From contig NC_090386.1 in NCBI RefSeq assembly GCF_036365525.1, forward strand, positions 70,949,666 to 71,013,665: a stretch of DNA of 64,000 nt, in the 5' to 3' direction. The translations under genes and the position numbers were made by a program. The stretch comes from Heterodontus francisci. Its lineage: Eukaryota. Within the stretch, counting starts at the first letter, position 1, and the number at the start of each line of letters is the position of its first letter. Shown one piece after another: positions 14,700 through 26,310 of the stretch. Under the pieces are notes generated by a model, which saw only the letters and a program-made list of their open reading frames with translations, did not search any database and was not told the origin of the DNA.

Positions 14700-15960
14700 A
14701 TGAATAGGTAAAAAAAAATCCAAGTATATCAGATGCATAAGATTATAATATGTAAACAACTGAATGTGACAAAGATCAGCTATGTATAAAATATTGAGGA
14801 TGTGCAAATGTCTGATATGTTAATGTATCAAATATGTAATAATGCCAAACTGGTAAAAAAAACTGTATATTTTAAAATATTGAATATGCAAATGAGGCAG
14901 CGATTTGAAAATGCTAAATATGTAAAAATGCTGGAAATGAAAAGCAGTGGACCTGGAAAGATGTGGAATATGTAAAAATACTCAACATGTAAAAATGCTG
15001 AGTACAAAAAATACCAGTTTTTAAAAAAAAGTATTAAAATGCTGAATATTTAAAATTACCAGATAGTTAACTAGATAAACACATCAGAGATCTAAAAAAG
15101 CCAGTGATGTAAAAATATTCAATATGTACAAGTTCAAAATATGTAGAAATACTGAATGTATAAAAATACAATATGTAAAATCATAGAGATGTGAAAATAC
15201 CAGATTTATAAAAGTACTGAAGACATAAAATGATCAAATGTAAACATGAAAAGTATGGACTGAGTAAAAATAGTGCATATATAAAAATACTAGATGTAAA
15301 AGCACTGAAGGTGCAAAAACAGCTGATATATAAAAAATAACAAATATTTAAAATATTGGCTATAATGCAATCCCAAAATGTAAAAATGCTTGATGTATAA
15401 AAGTACCAAATATACTCGATATATAAAAATACTAAATATGTGAAAATACCAAATATATACAAATACCAGTTATATAAAAATACTGAAGATGTAAAAATAA
15501 CTGGATTTCTAAAAAATTCAAATTGTAATAAATCTTGACTAAGTAAAACACCATATATATAAAAATATATATAATATAAAGACTGAGAGTGTAAAATACC
15601 AGCAGTGTAAAACACTGGGTATATAAAAGTAATGATAAAATACCAGATAGGTAAAATTATTGATTGTTAAAAATTAGTAAGTTAAAGCACTGTAGATGTA
15701 AAACACCAGATATGAAAACTACAGGGTATATAACAAAAGCTCTGGTAAAAATAGTAAAAATGCAAAAATACAGAAGGTGTAGCAGATATATAAAAAATAA
15801 GATAGATGTAAAATGCTGAGTGTGTAAAAGTATTAGCAATGTAAAGACATTAAATGCCAGATAGGCAAAAGTACCGCAGATGCAAAAGTATTGGTTATAT
15901 AATAATGAAAATGAAAACAATGCCAGTTTTATAAAAATACTCAATATGTAGAATACCATG
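14700..15960. repeat. Degenerate ~18-bp minisatellite, consensus ~AAAATACCAGATATGTAA
   Basis: Recurring gtaaaaatac..gatat units; a related patch lies at ~26500-26670. Confidence 0.8.
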
Positions 15961-16719
15961 ACCCTGAAATACCTTGGGGTTTCTGCCAGCCTCCTACCAC
16001 AACTCTGGCAAGACTCCAGGAGAATCTATCTGAAAACAACAGGAACCTAGTTGTGCTTCATCTCCGCTGTTTCTAGGCAGCCTTTTAAGGAGCAGAATCA
16101 CTGCCCACCCCTTATAAGGAAAATGACATCTGGGCAGCTGCAAACATGGATCCAACAGTGGGGGCTCCTTACCCTAGGGGTTTCTGTTATTCCAGCTCAC
16201 TCAGGGCCTGTATGTAAGATCTCCAAATTATTTTTTGGGATAAAAACCTTGATAACAAATGGTATATAGTGATAGCAGGTTAATGCACAAAATATTCATT
16301 ACCATCACAGGTTTCAGCATTTTCAACAACTAATAATTAATATCATAAATAAGTCTCTTTATCTCCCCCGCATAGCTTGATGTGCCTTCTGAAGTAAAAT
16401 AATTAAACTAATTTTAAAATTTTAAATTTTAGTTGTAAATCTGCTGAGGTTTCTCATCTAGTTTGTATTCAAACTACTTGCAAGTATGTTTCAACTGATA
16501 CTGCTGCACAATTTACTGAGAAAAATATGTAATATTTTATATACACCTCAAAAATAAACAAAAGTTGCAACAAGTATGCTATCAGTGTTGTCTGCCATAT
16601 TTGAAATAGCTCTCTGCCTATTTCTCTTCACACACAGAGTGCCTCTCTAATTATAAAGAAACATACTCAATATAAACTTCACAAGATCACTAGATAATTA
16701 TGAATGAGAAATGCAGTTC

Positions 16720-17600
16720 AGCTTTTCCTAGCTTATCCTTCCAGAATTACCTTAAAGTCTCCCTATTGCATTCTTAAATGACTCCAGGGCAATGTATCCA
16801 CTACTCTATCCAGAAGTCCATTTCATATGTTGATCCCTCTGTGTGTGAAAAAAAACTTCCAATGAGTCCTAAATTTGCCTTTTACTATTTTGAACCTGTG
16901 ATCCTGTGTTCTATTCTTGTAAATTAATTTATTTTCTGGATTTACTTGTTTTGCACTGTTTGCTATCTTGTATGCCTCAATAATATCACCTCTTAGATGC
17001 CTCCTTTGCAAACTGAAAAGCCCCCAATTTTTCCCGTATTTCCTCATAACTCAGGCCTCAAAGGCCAGAATTCAGCCTTGCAGCTCTTCTTTGCACTGCC
17101 TCCTACACTTGAATGTCACCGTTGTGTCTTGTGATAAATACCATCCCTTGAGATTTATTGTTTTTGAACCCTTTAGCTTGTATCAGACTTCCATGTCATT
17201 CATTTTGTCTGGACAACATCTATTTGGTGAAAGGCATATTGTTTGTGTCTTCTGTTATAAATACTTGGAGGAAATGGTCATTCAGAATTTTTACTGTTTT
17301 ATGACACTTTGTTTCTAGTCCTTTTGCATCTTGTATATTTCTCACCTCATCTGTGACTGCCCCCTAAATTGCTGGAAGAACTTCCAACTGTTATAATTTG
17401 TCTGCAGTTATGCTTTTTCTAGGTCTCTCTTTGCCTCTCTGATCACCCTTTTGACACTTTTATATGTTATTACATTCATCCCAATCAGCTCCATCTCATT
17501 TCTCCCTGCAGAATTTGTCGAGGTAATTTCCCTCCCATTTCTATTACCTCTTAATTTTGTTTTATTAATCTATTGGGGTCATGTCTATTTAGTCTGAACC
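16720..17600 (-). mobile_element. Old CR1 LINE fragments
   Basis: Minus ORF GLFSLQRRHLRGDIIEAYK...HRFKIVKGKFRT...FFTHRGINI. Confidence 0.7.
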
Positions 17601-17899
17601 CAATTCACAATCCTGTTTCGTGGCTTTGCATTATCAGGGCTGGTATGTCAGCTTGTTACATGATGAAAGTATCATGGCAGCTTCCTGGCCAGTGGACATT
17701 CATATGCAGGATAAGGTGGTTGACATTGCACATTAACTACACATTAATGGACTGAAAGCAAACCTTTTCTGTTTGACAAAATGGGGTTGGGGGTATGTGG
17801 AGGATGTTGTCATATAAAATTTTGAGTGCAACATGCATTTCGCCAATTGCTTCTTGCCACTTGTTTCCTTTGTTTCTCTCGTTCAATTGGAAAAGATAT

Positions 17900-19186
17900 T
17901 ATTAGCGACAGTCAGCACGGTTTTGTGTCATTAGCGATAGTCAGCACGGTTTTGTGAAGGGTAGGTCGTGCCTCACAAACCTTATTGAGTTTTTCGAGAA
18001 GGTGACCAAACAGGTGGATGAGGGTAAAGCAGTGGATGTGGTGTATATGGATTTCAGTAAGGCGTTTGATAAGGTTCCCCACGGTAGGCTATTGCAGAAA
18101 ATATGGAAGTATGGGGTTGAAGGTGATTTAGAGCTTTGGATCAGAAATTGGCTAGCTGAAAGAAGACAGAGGGTGGTGGTTGATGGCAAATGTTCATCCT
18201 GGAGTTTAGTTACTAGTAGTGTACCGCAAGGATCTGTTTTGGGGCCACTGCTGTTTGTCATTTTTATAAATGACCTGGAAGAGGGTGTAGAAGGGTGGGT
18301 TAGTAAATTTGCGGATGACACGAAGGTCGGTGGAGTTGTGGATGGTGCCGAAGGATGTTGTAGGGTACATAGGGACACAGATAGGCTGCAGAACTGGGCT
18401 GAGAGATGGCAAATGGAGTTTAATGCGGAGAAGTGTGAGGTGATTCACTTTGGAAGGAGTAACAGGAATGCAGAGTACTGGGCTAATGGGAAGATTCTTG
18501 GTAGTGTAGATGAACAGAGAGATCTTGGTGTCCAGGTACATAAATCCCTGAAAGTTGCTACCCAGGTTAATAGGGCTGTTAAGAAGGCATATTTTGCGTT
18601 AGCTTTTATTAGTAGGGGGATCGAGTTTCGGAGCCACGGGGTCATGCTGCAGCTGTACAAAACTCTGGTGAGACCGCACCTGGTGTATTGCGTGCAGTTC
18701 TGGTCACTGCATTATAGGAAGGATGTGGAAGCTTTGGAAAGGGTGCAGAGGAGATTTACTAGGATGTTGCCTGGTATGGAGGGAAGGTCTTACGAGGAAA
18801 GGCTGAGGGACTTGAGGTTGTTTTCGTTGGAGAGAAGGAGGAGGAGAGGTGACTTAATAGAGACATATAAGGTAATCAGAGGATTAGATAGGGTGGATAG
18901 TGAGAGTCTTTTTCCTCGGATGGTGATGGCAAACACGAGGGGACATAGCTTTAAGTTGAGGGGTGATAGACATAGGACAGATGTTAGAGGTAGTTTCTTT
19001 ACTCAGAGAGTAGTAGGGGCGTGGAACGCCCTGCCTGCAACAGTAGTAGACTCGCCAACTTTAAGGGCATTTAAGTGGTCATTGGATAGACATATGGATG
19101 AAAATGGAATAGTGTAGGTCAGATGGTTTCACAGGTCGGCGCAACATCGAGGGCCGAAGGGCCTGTACTGCGCTGTAATGTTCTAA
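17900..19186 (+). mobile_element. 5'-truncated young CR1 LINE with an uninterrupted 387-aa RT/C-terminal ORF2 segment (17954-19117)
   Basis: [28 protein letters not shown] motifs; CR1 tail gggccgaagggcctgtactgcgctgtaatgttcta. Confidence 0.95.
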
Positions 19187-19599
19187 ATATGAAGTGTGTA
19201 GCCAGCTTGGAGGGATCCAACGGTCATAATCCAATGAAGAGCACTATTACCACTCCGAAGCCACCCTGTATTAGTAATCAGAGCCCTAGGAAGAAAGTAG
19301 TGGGTTGACAACAGAATTAATTGCAAGGGCAAGACAGACGTTCATAATGCCACTGGCCCGCTAATGGGAGATTCGAATCTAACCCAATGACTAGAGCACA
19401 CGTTAGGGTTAGGGTTAGTAACATAATACTGCTAATATTAATATTCTAATGACTTTTACCACAGTAGCAGCAACTTATGATAATAATGCAGACACAAATG
19501 ATATTGCAGTAGTTCCCAAAATATTTACTTTTTTTACAGCTAACTTCCTGAAAAAAAATCTTCTCCTGCTTCCCTTCAGTCTATTTTTCGCATTCTCAG

Positions 19600-20985
19600 C
19601 CGGTTTAACTTCAGTGGTGGGGAAACTTCTAGAAACAATAATTTGGGACAAAATTAATAATCACATGGACAAATGAGGGTTAATTAAGGAAAGCCAGCAT
19701 GGATTTGTGAAGGGAAAATCATGTTTAACCACCTTGCTGGAGTTTTTAAAGGGGTAACCAAGAGGGTTGATGAGGGCAATGCTATTGATGTAGTATACAT
19801 GGACTTCCAAAAGGCGATTGATACAGTGATACACAATAGACTTGTGAGCAAAGTTATAGCTCATGGGATAAAAGGAACAGTAACAACATGGATACAAAAT
19901 TGGTTGAGTGACAGGAAACGGAGCAGTGGTTAATGGATGTTTTTCAGGCTGGAGGAAGGTTTGTAGTGGAGTTCCCCAGGGGTCAGTGTTGAGACCATTG
20001 CTCTTCCTGATATATATTAATGACTTAGACCATGGTGTAGAGGGCACAATTTCAAAATTTGCGGATGATACGAAACTTGGAAGCACTTTGATGAGGAAAG
20101 TGTAGAACTTCAAAAGGACTTGGACAAGCTGGTGGAATGGATAGACAGGTGCCAGATGAAGTTCAATGTTTCGAAATGTGAAGTGATTCATTTTGCGAGG
20201 AAGAACATGGAGAGACAATATGAAATAAAGGGTACAATTCTAAAGGGGGTGCAGGAACAGAGGGACCTGGGTGTATATGTGCATAAGTCACTGAAGGTGG
20301 TAGGAAAGGTTGAGCGAGAGCAGTCAATAAAGCATACAGTATCCTGGACTTTATTAATAGGGACATAGAGTACAAGCGCATGGGAGTTCTGTTGAACTTG
20401 TATAAACACTAGTTCAGCCTCAGTTGGAGAATTGTGTCCAGTTCTGGGCACTGAATTTAAGGAAAGATGTGAAGGCATTGGAACGAGTGTGGAGAAGATT
20501 CATGAGAATAGTTCCAGGGATGAGGAATTTCAGTTATGTGGATAGATTGGAGAAGTTGGGACTGTTTTCCTTGAAGAGAAGGCTGAGAGGAGATTTGAGG
20601 CTGAGAGGAGGTATTCAAAGTTATTAGGGGTTTGGACAAAATAGATCGGGAAAAACTATGCTCACTTGTGAAAGGATCAAGAATGAGAGGGCACAGATTT
20701 AAAGTAGTTGGCAAAAGAAGCAATGGCAACATGAGGAAAATCTTTTTCATGCAGCAAGTGGTTAGGATTTGGAATACACTGCCAGAGAGTTCGGTGGAGA
20801 CAGGTTCAATCGAGGCATTCAAAAGGGAATTAGATAGTTACCTGAAAAGGAAGAATGTAAAGGGTTATGGGGAGAAGGCAGAGGAATGGCACTAAGTAAA
20901 TTGCTCGCTCAGTGAGCCAGTACAGACACTATGGGCCAAATGGCCTCCATCTGTGCTGTAACTCTTCTGTGATACTGTGATTCTC
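19600..20985 (+). mobile_element. 5'-truncated CR1 LINE (frameshifted RT)
   Basis: [32 protein letters not shown] in shifting frames; CR1 tail. Confidence 0.92.
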
Positions 20986-21049
20986 CTCCTTCCCTCTAGC
21001 ATTCTTATATCTGCTGTCCCAATATTGGAACAGTGAATACACTTGAAAA

Positions 21050-21130
21050 CAGTTTATTGACTGTGAAGTGCTTGGAGATATTATGAGGTCATGAAAAGCA
21101 CTAGATAAATGCTAGTTTGATCATTCTTTC
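21050..21130 (+). mobile_element. Old SINE/L2-type 3' tail remnant
   Basis: Resembles tgtaaagcgctttgg...gaaaggcgctatataaatgcaag tails; similar remnants at ~31460-31520 and ~54040-54078. Confidence 0.45.
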
Positions 21131-21575
21131 TTTATTTACTTTCTCTGTGTCTTGCTTCCTTTCCCTCAGCTTCTCACTCCCTCTCCCCCTGCTCCTCTCT
21201 GTTTCTGCTCTCTCATCTTCTCTTCTGTCTCTTGTATCTTTTCCCTGATGTATATCTCCTCCCCTTCCATTTGAGAATCTCTCTCTTTGTGTGTATGGAA
21301 CTATGGCCTTCCCATTTGTGTGTGTTCTCTCTCTCTTTTCTTTCCATCTGTGTGTCTGCCTCCTGCTTCTTTAATCTTTCCCCTCTGTTTCTTTCCCCTC
21401 TCTTTCATTATTGTTCTTTTTTTTTAGTGTGTTCTCTATCCATTTCCGGTTTATTCCTTCCTTTTCCTGTTTTTTTCCCCTTCTCTGCTTCACTCTTGCC
21501 CCTCTTTCTGCTACTTCTATGTTCGCTTTTATGTTTTCCTGCTTCTGTCTCCCCTGCTTTTCTCTGTGTCTCTCA
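21125..21575. repeat. CT-rich low-complexity tract
   Basis: Almost entirely pyrimidine on the + strand. Confidence 0.85.
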
Positions 21576-22027
21576 CGATAGAAGCAGAAGCATAAGTCAG
21601 TGCCGGCAAATTCCAAATTCACGCAGGCAAAGACTAACGTTGCCACAGTGCCAAAGTAGCATGCTTTAGAAATAAAGGGGTGAAATTTGTCTTGAGCAGG
21701 TTTCTACCATGCGTGTTGTGCTGCCACCCAAGAAGGAATTCAACCCGACAGCTTTTTCTAAACCACACTGCATTATGGTCTGTAATCCCCATTTCTATGC
21801 CACTTCCTTGTGTTTAGGAACTGCATCTCAAGTTATTTATGGTTCTGGCCATTCAGGTATTGGATTTCAACATAACATTTCTTTGGCAATTTTATCTATT
21901 GCTTGTACTTAATTCTGATTTTGGTCAGCAAGTGCTGAGATGCTGCTGACAGTTTTTTTCTATTTGTTCTGTGGATGTGAGTGACGTTGCAAGTCATTAT
22001 TTATTTCCCTTTTCTAATTAGCTGGTT

Positions 22028-22290
22028 AGCCATAAAATCGGCATGGGACGGCCACTGTTGGCAGGTAAGTTAATTTGAATGTTAATTAGCCTCATTTTAA
22101 TATTTTAGTGAAGGCCCCACCACCAAGCGGTGGGGGGGGGGTGGGTGGGTGCACACCGAGGCCTTGGCGCCGCCACTAATATCAGGGGGCCTTCTTGGCA
22201 TCGTGGGTCAAGGCGGGCCTCTGCCACTAACATTTTACGCACCTCCCCGCCGCGACCCACGGAGTCGAGGGGCTGATAAAATTCAGCCAA
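22028..22290. mobile_element. Harbinger-type MITE right-end fragment
   Basis: GC-rich; ends in taaaattcagcc, like the TIR at 56541. Confidence 0.6.
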
Positions 22291-22477
22291 CCATTATTTT
22301 TCTGGTGCCAAAATTTACCTGATCTATTGAATTCATCTTGCCGTGGTGCAATTTGAACTTATGACCTCTAAACTGTAAGTCCAATATCATAACCACTAGC
22401 ATATATTGGGGAGGCAGTGGCGTAGTGGTATTGACACTGGACTAGTAACCCAGAAACACAGGGTATTGCTCTGGGGA

Positions 22478-23145
22478 TCAAAACAAGAAATGCTGGAACC
22501 ACTCAGCAGGTCTGGCAGCATCTGTGGAAAGAGAAACAGAGTTAACGTTTCAGGTCAGTGACCCTTCTTCGGAACTGACAAATATTAGAAATGTCACAGG
22601 TTATAAGCAAGTGAGGTGGGGGTGGGGCAAGAGATAACAAAGGAGAAGGTGTAGATTGGACAAGGCCACATAGCTGACCAAAAGGTCATGGAGCAAAGGC
22701 AAACAATATGTTAATGGTGTGCTGAAAGACAAAGCATTAGTACAGATAAGGTGTTAACAGACTGAATATTGAACAGCAGCAAGTGCAAACATGAAAAAAA
22801 ACAGTGGGTAAGCAAACTGAACAAACTAAGATGAAATGAAATAAATGCAAAAAAAAAAGTTGTAAAAAATGGAAAAAAGAAGAAAAGAAAAAAGAAAAAA
22901 CAACTAAAAATGAAAGTAAAATGGGGGGCTGCCATGCTCTGAAATTATTGAACTCAATGTTCAGTCCAGCAGGCTGTAGTGTGCCTAATCGGTAGATGAG
23001 ATGCTGTTCCTCGAGCTTGCGTTGATGTTCACTGGAACACTGCAGCAATCCCAGGAGAGAGATATGAGCAGGGGGGAGTGTTGAAATGGCAAGCAACCGG
23101 AAGCTCAGGGTCCTGCTTGCGGACTGAGCGGAGGTGTTCCGCAAA
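22478..23145 (-). mobile_element. Penelope-like element 3' part (GIY-YIG endonuclease C-terminus plus terminal repeat)
   Basis: HISLLGLLQCSSEHQRKLEEQHLIYRLGTLQPAGLNIEFNNF is typical of the PLE GIY-YIG C-terminus. Confidence 0.85.
22540..22577 (-). ncRNA. Minimal type I hammerhead ribozyme motif in the Penelope terminal repeat
   Basis: Minus strand agtt-CCGAAGA-a-gggtc-act-gacct-GAAAC-GTT-aact: core boxes, stem II, palindromic stem III and 4-bp stem I. Confidence 0.65.
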
Positions 23146-23446
23146 GGGACATGGGTTAGGGTTAGGGTTGTACTCAGTTGTATCTAACCACTACAAAGTC
23201 AAAGGGCTCAGGGGACATGGGTTCAAATCCCACCACAGCAGAAGGTGGAATTTGAATACAATTAATAAATCTGGAATTTAAAAAAGCTAGTCTAATGATG
23301 GCCATGAAACCATTGTCGATTGTTGTAAAAACCTATCTGGTTCACTAATGTCCTTTAGGGAAGGAAATCTGCTGTCCTTACCTGGTCTGGCCTACATGTG
23401 ACTCCAGACCCACAGCAATGTGGTTGACTCTTACATGCCCTCTGAA

Positions 23447-26310
23447 ATGGCCTAGCAAGCCACTCAGTTGTATCTAACCACTCCAAAGTCAATAAAAAGG
23501 AATGAAACGGGACGGACCACCCGGCATCGACCTAGGCACCGGAAACGACAGTGGCAAACCCAGCCCTGTCGACCCTGCAAAGTCCTCCTTACTAACATCT
23601 GGGGGCTTGTGCCAAAGTTGGGAGAGCTGTCCCACTGACTAGTCAAGCAACAGCCTGACATAGTCATACTCACGGAATCATACCTAACAGACAATGTTCC
23701 AAACTCTGCCATCATCATCCCCGGCTATGTCCTGTCCCACCGGCAGGACAGACCCAGCAGAAGTGGCAGCACAGTGTTATACAGTAGGGAGGGAGTTGCC
23801 CTGGGAGTCCTCAACATCGACTCTGGACCCCATGAAGTCTCATGGCATCAGGTCAAACATGGACAAGGAAACCTCCTGCTGATTACCACCTACCGCCCTC
23901 CCTCAGCTGATGAGTCAGTACTCCTCCATGTTGAACAGCACTTGGAGGAAGCACTGAGGGTGACAATGGTATAGAATGTACTCAGGGTGGGGGACTTCAA
24001 TATCCATCACCAAGAGTGGCTCAGTAACACCACGACTGGCCGAGTCCCAAAGGATATATCTGCTAGACTGGGTATGCGGCAGGTGGTGAGGGAACCAACA
24101 AGACGGGAAAACATACTTGACCTCATCCTCACCAATTTGCCTGCTGCAGATGCATCTGTCCATGACAGTATTGGTAGGAGTGACCACCGCACAGTCCTTG
24201 TGGAGACGAAGTCCTGCCTTCACATTGAGGACACCCTTCTTCGTGTTGTGTGGCACTACCACCGTGCTAAAATGGGATAGATTTCAAACACATCCAGCAA
24301 TGCAAAACTGGGCATCCATGAGGCGCTGTGGCCATCAGCAGCAGCAGAATTGTACTCAACCACAATATATAACCTCATGGCCCGGCATATCCCCCACTCT
24401 ACCATTATCATCAAGCCAGGAGACCAACCCTGGTTCAATGAAGAGTGCAGGAGGGCATGCCAGGAGCAGCACCAGGCATTCCTCAAAATGAGGTGTCAGC
24501 CTAGTGAAGCTACAACACAGGACTATCTGCGTGCCAAACGACGTAAGCAGCATGCGATAGACAGAGATAAGCGATCCCATAACCAATGGTTCAGATCTAA
24601 GCTCTGCAGTCCTGCCACATCCAGCCATGAATGGTGGTGGACAATTAAGCAACTAACCGGAGAAGGTGGCTCCACAAATATCCCCATCCTCAATGATGGG
24701 GGAGCCCAGCACATCGGTGCGAAAGATAAGGCTGAAGCATTTGCAACAATCTTCAGCCAGAAGTGGCAAGTTGATAATCCATCTCGGCCTCCTCCTGAAG
24801 TCCCCAGCATCACTGATGCCAGATTTTACCCAATTCGATTCACTCTGCGTGATATCAAGAAACGACTGAAGGCACTGGATACTGCAAAGGCTATGGGCCC
24901 TGACAACACCAGAACCTGCCGCGCCCCTAGCCAAGCTGTTCCAGTACAGCTACAACACTGGCATCTATCCTGCAATGTGGAAAATTGCCCAGATATGTCC
25001 TGTACACAAAAAGCAGGACAAGTCCAACCCGACCATTTACTGCCCCATCAGCTTACTCTCAATCGTCAGTAAAGTGATTTGCTTAGCAATAACCTGCTCA
25101 GTGACGCTCAGTTTGCAATCCGCCAGGGCCACTCTGCTCCTGACCTCATTACAGCCTTGGTTCAAACATGGACAAAAGAGCTGAACTCAAGAGGTGAGGT
25201 GAGAGTGACTGCCCTTGACATCAAGGCAGCATTTGACCGAGCATGGCATCAAGGAGCCCTAGCAAAACTGAGGTCAATAGGAATCAGGGGAAAAACCCTC
25301 CACTGGTTGAAGTCATACCGAGCGCAGAGGAAGATGGTTGCGGTTGTTGGAGGTCAATCATCTCAGCTCCAGAACATCACTGCAGGAGTTCCTCAGGGTA
25401 GTGTCCTAGGTCCAACCATCTTCAGCTGCTTCATCAGTGACCTTCCTTCAATCATAAGGTCAGAAGTGGGGATGTTCGCTGATGATTGCACAATGTTCAG
25501 CACCATTCGTGACTCCTCAGATACTGAAGCAGTCCGTGTAGAAATGCAGCAAGACTTGGACAATATCCAGGCTTGGGCTGATAAGTGGCAAGTAACATTT
25601 GCGCCACACAAGTGCCAGGCAATGACCGTCTCCAACAAGAGAGTATCTAACCATCTCCCCTTGACATTCAATGGCATTACCATCGCTGAATCCCCCACTA
25701 TCAACATCCTAGGGGCTACCATTGACCAGAACTGAACTGGAGTAGCCATATAAATACCGTGGCTACAAGAGCAGGTCAGAGGCTAGGAATCCTGCCGCGA
25801 GTAAGTCTCCTCCTGACTCTCCAAAGCCTGTCCACCATCTACAAGGCACAAGTCAGGAGTGTGATGGAATACTCTCCACTTGCCTGGATGGGTGCAGCTC
25901 CAACAACACTCAAGAAGCTCGACACCATCCAGGACAAAACAGCCCGCTTGATTGGCACCCCATATACACACATTCACTCCCTCCACCTCCGACGCACAGT
26001 GGCAGCAGTGTGTACCATATACAAGATGCACTGCAGCAATGCCCCAAGGCTCCTTAGACAGCACCTTTCAAACCCGCGATCTCTACCAACTAGAAGGACA
26101 AGGGCAGCAAATACATGGGAATACCACCACCTGCAAGTTCCCCTCCAAGTCACACACCATCCTGACTTGGAACTTTATCACCGTTTCTTCACTGTCGCTG
26201 GGTCAAAATCCTGGAACTCCCTTCCTAACAGTACTGTGGGTGTACCTACCCCAAATGGACTGCAGCAGTTCAAGAAGGCAGCTCATCACCACCTTCTCAA
26301 GGGCAATTAG
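23447..26310 (+). pseudogene. APE endonuclease-reverse transcriptase ORF of the tRNA-headed LINE (stops and frameshifts)
   Basis: ORF-track pieces 23774, 23987, 24350, 25079 and 25759 tile into one ~950-codon ORF ending HLLKGN*. Confidence 0.85.

Noticed and set aside
15181-15959. Hydrophobic minus-strand ORFs (144 and 100 aa)
   Set aside because: By-product of the 18-bp repeat (period divisible by 3).
19190-19300. Possible NUMT (hydrophobic minus-strand frame with TGA read as Trp)
   Set aside because: I could not match it to any vertebrate mitochondrial protein; too short to support.
21232-21669. 145-aa membrane-like ORF
   Set aside because: Translation of a CT-rich low-complexity tract.
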